Source: Patescibacteria group bacterium (GTDB lineage Bacteria; Patescibacteriota; Patescibacteriia; Magasanikbacterales; UBA922). Taken from it: 59,899 nucleotides of DNA. Below the pieces are notes generated by a model. The model was given only the letters and a program-made list of their open reading frames with translations. It made no database searches and had not been told where the DNA came from. The DNA lies in the NCBI GenBank assembly GCA_041658785.1, contig JBAZZL010000004.1:1-59899 (forward strand), given 5' to 3'. Below are positions 32,611-40,708 of this stretch, piece after piece (position 1 is the stretch's first letter; each line of letters starts with the position of its first letter). Both the position numbers and the translations under genes were made by a program.

Positions 32611-33126
32611 CTAATGGAGCGTTGCCAGCGCCGCGGCGATGGACCGGGCGTACCACTCCTGCCAGTAGGGCAGGAACTCCCAGCCGAAATCTCGATCGCG
32701 GCTGAAATGATGCCTCTCCTCGGCCGTGGCGTCATCATCTCCACCGATCCCGAAGTCTACTACCCCGTCAAAACTCTGGTCGCTCCAGGTCTCCACCAGA
32801 TCTTCTCCGTATGTTCCTTCCGGGCGAACCCACACGGACAAATGTCCGGGGATGGGCACAGTAACGCCTTCTATGGTTACCTCCCGTTCGGGACTGTGGT
32901 ACATAGTGTACATCTGTCCCTCGTAGCGGAAAACCACCCACACCGCGAACATGACCCCCCGGGATAGAAACCCACGGGTCTCCTTGGATTGGAGCAGATC
33001 GATGACCTGCTGGATCGCGGCAGGATCGACCGGTGGATCCTCGATGAATACTGCTCCCTGGGCAAGAACCGTTGAAGATGCCAGCGCGAAGCCGGCGACG
33101 AAAAGAAAAGAAAGAACGGCGCGCAT
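32611..33126 (-). CDS. hypothetical secreted protein (GC-rich gene)
   Basis: Start set at MRAVLSFLFVAGFALASSTVLAQG (signal-peptide-like), preceded by aggaga 8 nt upstream. No family recognised. Confidence 0.55.
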   Translation of the reverse strand: MRAVLSFLFVAGFALASSTVLAQGAVFIEDPPVDPAAIQQVIDLLQSKETRGFLSRGVMFAVWVVFRYEGQMYTMYHSPEREVTIEGVTVPIPGHLSVWVRPEGTYGEDLVETWSDQSFDGVVDFGIGGDDDATAEERHHFSRDRDFGWEFLPYWQEWYARSIAAALATLH

Positions 33127-33255
33127 CGTGTGTTTCTCCTGTTTATGCGCGATTCGTGCCCGGCCACCACGGCCAAGCACGGTCATTTCTAAATGACAGG
33201 AGAGTATAGTAAAAACCTTCTCCTCTGTCAAGAGGGTCTAATATCCACACCCCCC

Positions 33256-33284
33256 TTGCTAAAATTTTAGAATTCTGGTATTAT
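33256..33284 (+). promoter_or_regulatory. sigma70-like promoter TTGCTA-17-TATTAT upstream of the pyr operon
   Basis: cTTGCTAaaattttagaattctggTATTATc, spacer 17 nt. Confidence 0.65.
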
Positions 33285-33294
33285 CTATAAAAGT

Positions 33295-33339
33295 ATGACA
33301 AAAATTACTGAACACAATCTAAAGCCGAACAAAAAATGA
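33295..33339 (+). CDS. candidate 14-codon leader ORF (MTKITEHNLKPNKK)
   Basis: Its ATG is ~10 nt after the -10 box, and its stop is 6 nt before a terminator hairpin. There is no clear Shine-Dalgarno sequence. Confidence 0.25.
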   Translation: MTKITEHNLKPNKK

Positions 33340-33345
33340 GACAAA

Positions 33346-33371
33346 CCATCCCGCGCGGATGGTATTTTTTT
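33346..33371 (+). terminator. terminator/attenuator hairpin in the carA leader
   Basis: ccatcc-cgcgc-ggatgg followed by tattttttt. Confidence 0.7.
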
Positions 33372-33389
33372 AATCCGTCGTTAAATCTA

Positions 33390-33529
33390 CCCCGCTTTAG
33401 CGGGGGTCGCGGGGCTTTAGCCCCAATTCCAATAAATATACGAGCTAAAGCTCGCGAAACCTCGGCTAAAGCCGAGTAGATTAAGCAGATATTAACCTCG
33501 GCTAAAGCCGAGTAGATTAAGCAGATATT
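33390..33529. repeat. array of five GC-stem hairpins with TTTA/TAAA loops, including a 34-nt direct repeat x2
   Basis: ccccgctttagcgggg, ggggctttagcccc, cgagctaaagctcg, and cctcggctaaagccgagtagattaagcagatatt twice (33460-33493 and 33496-33529). Confidence 0.9.
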
Positions 33530-33540
33530 TATTCAATGGT

Positions 33541-34710
33541 ATGAAATCCACTCCCTCAAAACTAATCCTAAAAAACAAAACCCAATTCCCCGGCTACTCC
33601 CCGTCGTGGCAGACCGACTGGTATTCCGGCGAAGTCGTTTTCACTACCGGCATGACCGGTTATGTGGAGACGCTCACCGATCCGTCTTACGCCGGGCAGA
33701 TCATCGTCTTCACTTATCCGCTGATCGGCAACTATGGCGTCCCTGCCGTAAAGACGCCCCGTTGGGGCGTCTCTGGCGCCCGTTGGGGCGTCTCTCGTCA
33801 TGGCATCTCCGGCTGGGAGTCAAACAAAATCCACGCCGCCGGCGTCGTCGTCTCCGAAGCGTGCGAGAATTGGAGCCACGCGGACGGAAAATTGTCATTG
33901 CTGGAATGGTTAAAAGAGCAGAAAGTGCCAATTATTACCGGCGTAGACACACGGGCGTTGACGAAGATGTTGAGAGAATATGGAGTGATGCTTGGAGCGA
34001 TTAACACGAGGCACGAGGCACGTAACACGAGACACGAAACACGAAACACGAAACTGGAAACAATTGTCCGATTACCAATTACTAATTATAAATTCATTGA
34101 TCCAAATAAAAAAAACCTTGTAGCAAAAGTATCCTGCAAAAAAAAGAAAACCTACGGCAAGGGCAAAAAAATCATTTTCGCCGTTGACTGCGGCATGAAG
34201 GAAAGTATTATGCGGGAATTAAAAAAGTTTGACCTGACGATTCACCGCGTGCCGTATAATTATGATTATACCAAGGAGAAGTTTGACGGCGTCGTATTGT
34301 CCAACGGTCCCGGAGATCCGATGATGGCGAACGAAACGATTGAGATTTTGAAACGGGCGATGAAATTCAAAAAACCGATCTTTGGCATCTGTCTCGGTTC
34401 ACAACTGATGGGTCTCGCGGCCGGAGCAAAAACCTACAAACTGCCATACGGACATCGCGGGCAGAACCAGCCGGTAATTGAAACCGCGACCAAACGCTGT
34501 TATATCACCAGTCAAAATCACGGTTATGCTGTTAACGAAAAATCATTGCCGCGCGATTGGCGGGTAAATTTTCGCAATCTGAACGACGGCTCGGTGGAAG
34601 GCGTGGCGCATAAACGCCTGCCGTTTTTTTCGGTACAGTTTCATCCGGAAGCGGCGCCGGGGCCTACTGATACGGCTCGGTTGTTTAGACAATTTTATGA
34701 ATTGTTGTAA
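33541..34710 (+). CDS. carA: carbamoyl-phosphate synthase small (glutaminase) subunit, with two repeat-derived insertions
   Basis: [22 protein letters not shown], catalytic GICLGSQLM, and VQFHPEA. Confidence 0.92.
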   Translation: MKSTPSKLILKNKTQFPGYSPSWQTDWYSGEVVFTTGMTGYVETLTDPSYAGQIIVFTYPLIGNYGVPAVKTPRWGVSGARWGVSRHGISGWESNKIHAAGVVVSEACENWSHADGKLSLLEWLKEQKVPIITGVDTRALTKMLREYGVMLGAINTRHEARNTRHETRNTKLETIVRLPITNYKFIDPNKKNLVAKVSCKKKKTYGKGKKIIFAVDCGMKESIMRELKKFDLTIHRVPYNYDYTKEKFDGVVLSNGPGDPMMANETIEILKRAMKFKKPIFGICLGSQLMGLAAGAKTYKLPYGHRGQNQPVIETATKRCYITSQNHGYAVNEKSLPRDWRVNFRNLNDGSVEGVAHKRLPFFSVQFHPEAAPGPTDTARLFRQFYELL

Positions 34711-34724
34711 AAAAATAAAGTTTT

Positions 34725-34888
34725 GCAGCCCGACAACCCTATCCCCAACCCCTTTCCCTTCCCGTATCCGACGGGACAAGTACGAAGGGAAAGGGGCTAA
34801 CGATTGAATTTAAGTTAACCTTACTTTATTTGGTTCTCCTTCCCTTCATAAGGGAAGGAGACAGAGGTAGGGTTGTCGGGCTACCGCC
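34725..34888 (+). mobile_element. MITE-like foldback element, family 1, copy B (carA-carB junction)
   Basis: gcagcccgacaaccctatcccc ... ggtagggttgtcgggctaccgcc. Internal hairpins are cccctttcccttc..gaagggaaagggg and ctccttcccttcataagggaaggag. Confidence 0.85.
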
Positions 34889-34899
34889 AACCAGAGCTT

Positions 34900-37800
34900 A
34901 TGTCACAACGCAACACACAACCCCGCACTGTCTTAATCTTAGGTTCAGGTGGACTAAGAATCGGCCAAGCCGGCGAGTTTGACTATTCCGGCTCTCAAGC
35001 CATAAAAGCTTTGAAAGAAGAAGGAATAAAAACCGTCCTGATCAATCCCAACATCGCCACAGTCCAGACCGATCCGACAATGGCCAACACGGTTTATCTC
35101 CAGCCGTTGAATTTTGACATTGTCAGCAAAATTATTGCCCAGGAAAAACCGGATGGCCTGCTTTTGAGCTTTGGCGGGCAGACGGCGCTTAATTTAGGAT
35201 TGGAATTGGCAGAAAAGGGAGTATTGAAAAAATATCAAGTGGCGGTAGTGGGAACGCCGGTGCAGGCGATTAGAATTACTGAAGACAGGGATTTGTTCAA
35301 AAAAGAGCTGAACAAAATTGAAGTCAAAACGCCGAAGAGTGAAGCAGTAAAGACTGTCGCCGATGCTCTCCGCGCGGCGAAAAAAATCGGTTATCCCGTG
35401 ATGATGCGTTCAGGATTTTCTTTGGGCGGATTGGGCAGCGGAGTGGTGCGCGAGGAAAAAGAACTAAAGAAAAAAGCCGGCGAGGCCCTAAGCACTGTAC
35501 CGCAAATTTTGATTGAAGAATATTTAGGCGGGTGGAAAGAAGTGGAATATGAAGTGGTGAGGGACGGCGCTGACAACTGCATTACGGTTTGCAACATGGA
35601 AAATTTTGACCCGATGGGCATTCATACTGGCGAGAGCATTGTGGTGGCGCCTTCGCAGACCTTAAATAATCATGAGTATCATTTATTGCGCGAAGTAAGC
35701 ATCAAAATCGCCCGGCAAATTGGCATTATCGGCGAGTGCAATGTGCAGTTTGCGCTAAATCCAGAGAACAGTGATTATCGGGTAATAGAAATGAATGCCC
35801 GACTTTCCCGTTCCAGCGCCTTGGCTTCCAAAGCTACTGGCTATCCGCTCGCCTTTGTCGCGGCCAAGCTGGCTCTGGGCAAGCGTCTGGATGAACTGAA
35901 AAATGCGGTGACCCAAAAAACCTCGGCCTTTTTTGAACCAGCTCTGGATTACCTAGCGCTAAAAATTCCGCGCTGGGACACGCATAAATTAAAAACCGCC
36001 GAACGCTTTATCGGCACGGAAATGAAAAGCGTCGGCGAGGTGATGGCGATCGGCCGCTCGTTTCCCGAGGTTTTGCAAAAAGCGGTGCGGATGCTGAACC
36101 ACGGCATGACCGGAGTGCATGATTATCCGTATAAAATAAATAATATCAAAGACGAAATCGCCCGGCCGACCGACCGGCGGCTGTACGCGTTGTATAAGTT
36201 TTTTTCTGCCGGCGGTTCGGTGAACGAGGCGCATAAACTGTCCGCGATTGACCCGTGGTTTTTGCATCATATTAAAAGAATCGCAGAGGTGGAGAAATTG
36301 GAAATTAGAAACTGGAAATTAGAAACTGGAAACAAGTTACAAGTTACAAGTTACAAGTTACAAAAAGCCAAACAATTCGGCTTCTCCGACCGCGCTATCG
36401 CGACTATCGTTGGCACCGACGAAGAGGCCATTAGAACCCAACGGCTTAAAGCGGGAATCAAGCCGGTCGTAAAACAAATTGACACTCTCGCCGGCGAATT
36501 TCCGGCGCAAACGAATTATCTTTATCTGACTTATCATGGAACGAAGAATGACTTAAAACCGAGCGCGAAAAAGCCGATCGTGGTTCTCGGCTCCGGACCA
36601 TATTCAATCGGTTCGTCCGTGGAATTTGATTGGTCGGCGGTAAATACCGCGAGAACATTAAGAAAACACCATGAACAAACTATCATTATCAATTCCAATC
36701 CCGAAACCGTTTCCACGGATTATGATGAATCCAATCGGCTGTATTTTGAAGAACTGACTTTGGAACGGGTGCGAGACATCGCTGATTTTGAAAAAACCAA
36801 AGGCATCATTGTCTCGGTCGGCGGACAGATTGCCAACTCGCTCGCCATGCCGCTTTATAAATCGGGCTACAAAATTTTAGGAACATCGCCCGAAGATATC
36901 GACCGGGCCGAAGATCGGGCAAAATTTTCTTCTTTGCTTAATGAATTAAAAATTGACCAGCCGGAATGGGAAGAGGCTTCCACGATTGACAAAGCAAAAA
37001 AATTCGCGGATCGGGTGGGGTATCCGATATTAGTTCGTCCCTCGTATGTTCTCTCCGGCGCGGCCATGAACGTGGTTTATGATGAAGAAACATTAAAAAA
37101 ATATCTGACCGACGCGGCCACGGTTTCGCCGGATCATCCGGTCGTGATTTCGCGATTTTTGACCGGCGCCAAGGAGCTCGAAATTGACGGCGTGGCCGAG
37201 AAAGGAGAAATCAAAATCGAAGTCATGAGCGAACATGTAGAAAATGCCGGCGTGCATTCGGGCGACGCGACCATTGTTGTTCCGCCGCAACGGTTATACC
37301 TAGAAACCATTCGTCGCGCCAAAAGATTGGCAAGAAAAATCGTCCGCGCGCTGAATATCACCGGCCCGTTCAACATCCAATTTTTGGCCAAAGAAAATTG
37401 GTTGAAAATCATTGAATGCAATCTGCGCGCCTCTCGTTCTTTTCCGTTTGTTTCCAAAGTTACCGGATATAATCTGATAGAAATCGCCACAAAAATTTTA
37501 CTCGGCCAGCATCGCCCCGCCCAATACCACACCATGGAACTTGACTACGTCGGCGTCAAAACGCCTCAATTCTCTTATAGCCGCCTCAAAGGCGCGGATC
37601 CGGTGGCGCAAGTGGAAATGGCCTCCACCGGCGAAGTGGCCTGCATCGGCGATGATTATCTGGAAGCGTTCATGCTCTCGTGGCTCGCGACCGAACAGAC
37701 AGTCAAAGGCAAAAATATCCTGCTCTCCATTGGCAGAGAAAATAAAAACAAATTATTTGAATGGATTCAAAAGCTGGACGAAAAGGGTTGGAATATCTAT

Positions 37801-38118
37801 GCCACGGAAAACACCCACCGCTATCTCACCGAGCGCGGGGTCGGGTGTGAGTTTGTCCACAAAATCAGCGACCTATCTTCGCCGCATGTCGGCGACCTGA
37901 TTGAAGAGCGAAAAGTTGATTTGATCATCAATATCCCCCGCGGGCAGGGAAACGACTCCGACACCGACGGCTACAAAATCCGCCGCCTCGCGATTGACTA
38001 CCACATTCCTCTCATCACCAACCTCCAAATCGCGCGGTTATTTTTGCAGTGTTTGGTGGAACTAGACGTGAGTAAGCTGGAAGTGAAGGCGAGGGGGGAG
38101 TATAATGGTACGCGATAG
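34900..38118 (+). CDS. carB: carbamoyl-phosphate synthase large subunit
   Basis: Start set at MSQRNTQPRTVLILGSGGLRIGQAGEFDYSG, because the longer ORF begins inside the MITE. It has two ATP-grasp halves and an MGS-like C-terminus. Confidence 0.93.
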   Translation: MSQRNTQPRTVLILGSGGLRIGQAGEFDYSGSQAIKALKEEGIKTVLINPNIATVQTDPTMANTVYLQPLNFDIVSKIIAQEKPDGLLLSFGGQTALNLGLELAEKGVLKKYQVAVVGTPVQAIRITEDRDLFKKELNKIEVKTPKSEAVKTVADALRAAKKIGYPVMMRSGFSLGGLGSGVVREEKELKKKAGEALSTVPQILIEEYLGGWKEVEYEVVRDGADNCITVCNMENFDPMGIHTGESIVVAPSQTLNNHEYHLLREVSIKIARQIGIIGECNVQFALNPENSDYRVIEMNARLSRSSALASKATGYPLAFVAAKLALGKRLDELKNAVTQKTSAFFEPALDYLALKIPRWDTHKLKTAERFIGTEMKSVGEVMAIGRSFPEVLQKAVRMLNHGMTGVHDYPYKINNIKDEIARPTDRRLYALYKFFSAGGSVNEAHKLSAIDPWFLHHIKRIAEVEKLEIRNWKLETGNKLQVTSYKLQKAKQFGFSDRAIATIVGTDEEAIRTQRLKAGIKPVVKQIDTLAGEFPAQTNYLYLTYHGTKNDLKPSAKKPIVVLGSGPYSIGSSVEFDWSAVNTARTLRKHHEQTIIINSNPETVSTDYDESNRLYFEELTLERVRDIADFEKTKGIIVSVGGQIANSLAMPLYKSGYKILGTSPEDIDRAEDRAKFSSLLNELKIDQPEWEEASTIDKAKKFADRVGYPILVRPSYVLSGAAMNVVYDEETLKKYLTDAATVSPDHPVVISRFLTGAKELEIDGVAEKGEIKIEVMSEHVENAGVHSGDATIVVPPQRLYLETIRRAKRLARKIVRALNITGPFNIQFLAKENWLKIIECNLRASRSFPFVSKVTGYNLIEIATKILLGQHRPAQYHTMELDYVGVKTPQFSYSRLKGADPVAQVEMASTGEVACIGDDYLEAFMLSWLATEQTVKGKNILLSIGRENKNKLFEWIQKLDEKGWNIYATENTHRYLTERGVGCEFVHKISDLSSPHVGDLIEERKVDLIINIPRGQGNDSDTDGYKIRRLAIDYHIPLITNLQIARLFLQCLVELDVSKLEVKARGEYNGTR

Positions 38119-38132
38119 TCATTCCGAGCGTA

Positions 38133-38152
38133 GTCCCGATTCGCATCGGGAC
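38133..38152. repeat. REP-like hairpin gtcccgattcgcatcgggac (copy 2)
   Basis: Identical to the copy at 14106-14125. It is embedded in gtcattccgagcg...ccgaggaatccc just after the carB stop. Confidence 0.9.
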
Positions 38153-38263
38153 GGAACCGAGGAATCCCTTAACGAGTGAACGCGCAAAAGAGAGGTAAAT
38201 TGAGATAAGATGGAGATAATGTTGAGATAAGTAGAGTTAGGTGAAAGGGTAAAAAATTTATTT

Positions 38264-38812
38264 ATGTTAGAACAATCTCATAACCATAGAGAAATCACAC
38301 CGAATTTTCTTAGCAAAGTGTCTGAGCTTGCCGAGCAAAGAATACACGAACTTTTTGAAATTGCCAAAGGCCTCGGCGTTGAAATTTTTTCTTTAAAAGA
38401 GAGTAAACAAAAAATTTTGGAACAAGTTAGAGATGGTCTGCCTCAGCGCTATGAACTTGTTGTGCAGAAACTTCAAGAGGAAGGATTAAGTCTAGAAGAT
38501 TTGTCCAAGGAAGTATTGCTCGACCGTATGCTCGGAATTGACATTCTTTTTAGATACAAAGGAAAAAATTATGCTATTGATGTTACTACTGGTAAACATA
38601 CTGTGGTAAAGAATAAACAGAAAAAATTTCAAAAAATGGAAAAAGTGTACAGACAGCTCGGTATCGACCATGCTCTGGTTATCCGACTCAAGGAAGCGGT
38701 TACGGAAGATATTGTTTTAGATCTATTCTCCAGACTAGAAAACATGGATGAAACTCAAAACACCTTCTCTATAGTTATGCGATATCCTGAAACAAAGCGA
38801 AAAAGAAAGTGA
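38264..38812 (+). CDS. hypothetical protein inserted between carB and pyrB
   Basis: 182-aa ORF. No family recognised. GIDILFRYKGKNYAIDVTTGK could be a nuclease-like D...D-x-K motif, which is speculative. Confidence 0.5.
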   Translation: MLEQSHNHREITPNFLSKVSELAEQRIHELFEIAKGLGVEIFSLKESKQKILEQVRDGLPQRYELVVQKLQEEGLSLEDLSKEVLLDRMLGIDILFRYKGKNYAIDVTTGKHTVVKNKQKKFQKMEKVYRQLGIDHALVIRLKEAVTEDIVLDLFSRLENMDETQNTFSIVMRYPETKRKRK

Positions 38813-38852
38813 CAAAAAACGAAGATAAAATTTTTACTCCATCACATAACTA

Positions 38853-39146
38853 ATGGGAAATAGCATTATGAAAAATAATAATAAACAAATCGCCATTTAT
38901 CAGTCGCCAAACGGAGCGGTAGAGGTTCGTGTTGATGTGAATAAAGAAACGATTTTTTTGACCCAGCAACAAGTGAGCGAGCTTTTTAATGTGCAAAAAG
39001 CGGCTATTTCCAAACACGCCAAAAAAATTTTTGACACCGGTGAATTAGACAAAAAATCAACCGTTTCCATTTTGGAAACAGTTCAAACCGAAGGAATTGG
39101 ACAGATCAAATTATCTTTTCAAAAAGACCGGCGAGCGAAAAGTTAA
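38853..39146 (+). pseudogene. truncated RhuM-family (virulence-protein-like) gene remnant
   Basis: IAIYQSPNGAVEVRVDVNKETIFLTQQQVSELFNVQKAAISKHAKKIFDTGEL matches the conserved RhuM N-terminus as I recall it. The ORF stops after ~97 aa, whereas I recall full-length members as much longer. Confidence 0.5.
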
Positions 39147-39266
39147 CGACAACGCCCTGACTGCGCTTGCCTTGCTAATCGCCGAAAGCGATCCGAAGGA
39201 TAAGGAAGTAATGATCAGGATTATAAAAAATTTAATTATCTAAAAAACCTAAACCTATCAACATTT

Positions 39267-40190
39267 ATGCCCAAACCATCTTTCAAAAATCGCAGTATCA
39301 TCTCTATCCAAGAATTAACCAAGGAAGAAATTCTTTATGTGCTCAAAAAAGCCGCGGAACTCAAGAAAAAACCGCAACCAAAATTGCTGGAAAAATACGT
39401 CCTCGGCAGTTGTTTTTTTGAACCATCCACCCGCACGCGGCTGTCGTTTGAAACCGCGATGCAACGGTTGGGCGGCAGAGTGGTTGGATTTGCCGACGCT
39501 GGAGTTACTTCTGCCAAAAAGGGAGAGACAATTTATGACTCAATTAAAATAATCGGCCAGTATGTGGATGTGATTGCCATGCGCCATCCGATTGAAGGAT
39601 CAGCGAGGAGGGCGTCGGAGGCGACTGACAAGCCTATTTTAAACGGCGGCGACGGCGCTAATCAGCACCCCACCCAGACTTTGCTTGATTTGTTCACTAT
39701 CCAAGAAACGCAAAAAAAATTAAACAGCCTGTCAATCGCTTTGGTTGGGGATCTTAAGTACGGGCGCACGACGCATTCGCTGGCGCAGGCCCTGGCTCAT
39801 TTTAACGCTCGTTTGTATTTTGTCGCCCCAGAGTCGTTGCAAATGCCGGGCTATATCTCTGATGAACTGAAAGATAAAGGCGTTAAATTTACCTGCCACG
39901 ATAAAATTGAGTCTGTCATAAATAAAATTGATATATTATATATGACGAGAATCCAAAGCGAGAGATTTACCGATCAGATGGAATATGAAAGGGTAAAAAA
40001 TGCTTTTGTCCTGGATGTTAAAATGCTGGATAAAGTAAAATCCAATCTTAAAATAATGCATCCTCTGCCAAGAATAAATGAGATCGCTCTGGAGGTGGAT
40101 AAAACTAAACACGCTTATTATTTTCAGGAAGCGGAAAACGGGCTTTATGTCCGTCAAGCGCTGCTTGCTTTAGTTTTGGGCAAGCGCTAA
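39267..40190 (+). CDS. pyrB: aspartate carbamoyltransferase catalytic subunit
   Basis: [18 protein letters not shown] and HPLPR motifs. It is followed by pyrI. Confidence 0.92.
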   Translation: MPKPSFKNRSIISIQELTKEEILYVLKKAAELKKKPQPKLLEKYVLGSCFFEPSTRTRLSFETAMQRLGGRVVGFADAGVTSAKKGETIYDSIKIIGQYVDVIAMRHPIEGSARRASEATDKPILNGGDGANQHPTQTLLDLFTIQETQKKLNSLSIALVGDLKYGRTTHSLAQALAHFNARLYFVAPESLQMPGYISDELKDKGVKFTCHDKIESVINKIDILYMTRIQSERFTDQMEYERVKNAFVLDVKMLDKVKSNLKIMHPLPRINEIALEVDKTKHAYYFQEAENGLYVRQALLALVLGKR

Positions 40191-40218
40191 TTTTATTATT
40201 AGTAATAAATTTAATCTT

Positions 40219-40707
40219 ATGTCTAAAGTAATAATTCCCAAAGATCTGCCAACGGTAAAAGTTTTTGCCATTAAAGAAGGCACGGTGGTAGATCACATTA
40301 AAGCAGGCAACGCGCTGAAGATTATCCGCATTCTCAATTTGGCTGACAATCAAAAAGTAGTGACTGTCGGCTTGAATTTGTCCAGCAAAACTCTTGGCCT
40401 AAAAGATATTATTAAGGTTGAAAAGCGCGAATTAACGGCTGACGAAATTAGCCGGGTAGCGATTCTCGCGCCGCAGGCGACAATCAATATAGTTAGAAAT
40501 TATAAAATTGACAAAAAATTTCAAGCGGAAATGCCAAAAGTAATAGAATATGTCGTCGTCTGCCCCAATCCCAAATGTCTCACCAATAATGAGAGCGTGC
40601 CGACCAAATTTAACGTAGCTTTTAAGGCGGATGGCATCCGTTTGAAATGCCATTATTGCGAAAAGATATTTAGAGAACACGAAATAGTCAGTTATAAAAA
40701 TAATTAA
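40219..40707 (+). CDS. pyrI: aspartate carbamoyltransferase regulatory subunit
   Basis: Zn-domain cysteines CPNPKC...CHYCEK, and a conserved VVDHI N-domain. Confidence 0.9.
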   Translation: MSKVIIPKDLPTVKVFAIKEGTVVDHIKAGNALKIIRILNLADNQKVVTVGLNLSSKTLGLKDIIKVEKRELTADEISRVAILAPQATINIVRNYKIDKKFQAEMPKVIEYVVVCPNPKCLTNNESVPTKFNVAFKADGIRLKCHYCEKIFREHEIVSYKNN

Positions 40708-40708
40708 A

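Noticed and set aside
33460-33529. Possible CRISPR array (34-nt hairpin-containing repeat x2). Also considered for the arrays at 2549-2640 and 14249-14313.
   Set aside because: The repeats are directly adjacent with no unique spacers, there are only two copies here, and no cas genes occur in the window.
34873-34899. 5' extensions of carB (34873) and of the OTC-like gene (42122)
   Set aside because: The extra codons are translated from the MITE termini. Conserved N-termini begin at the internal ATGs (34900 and 42164).
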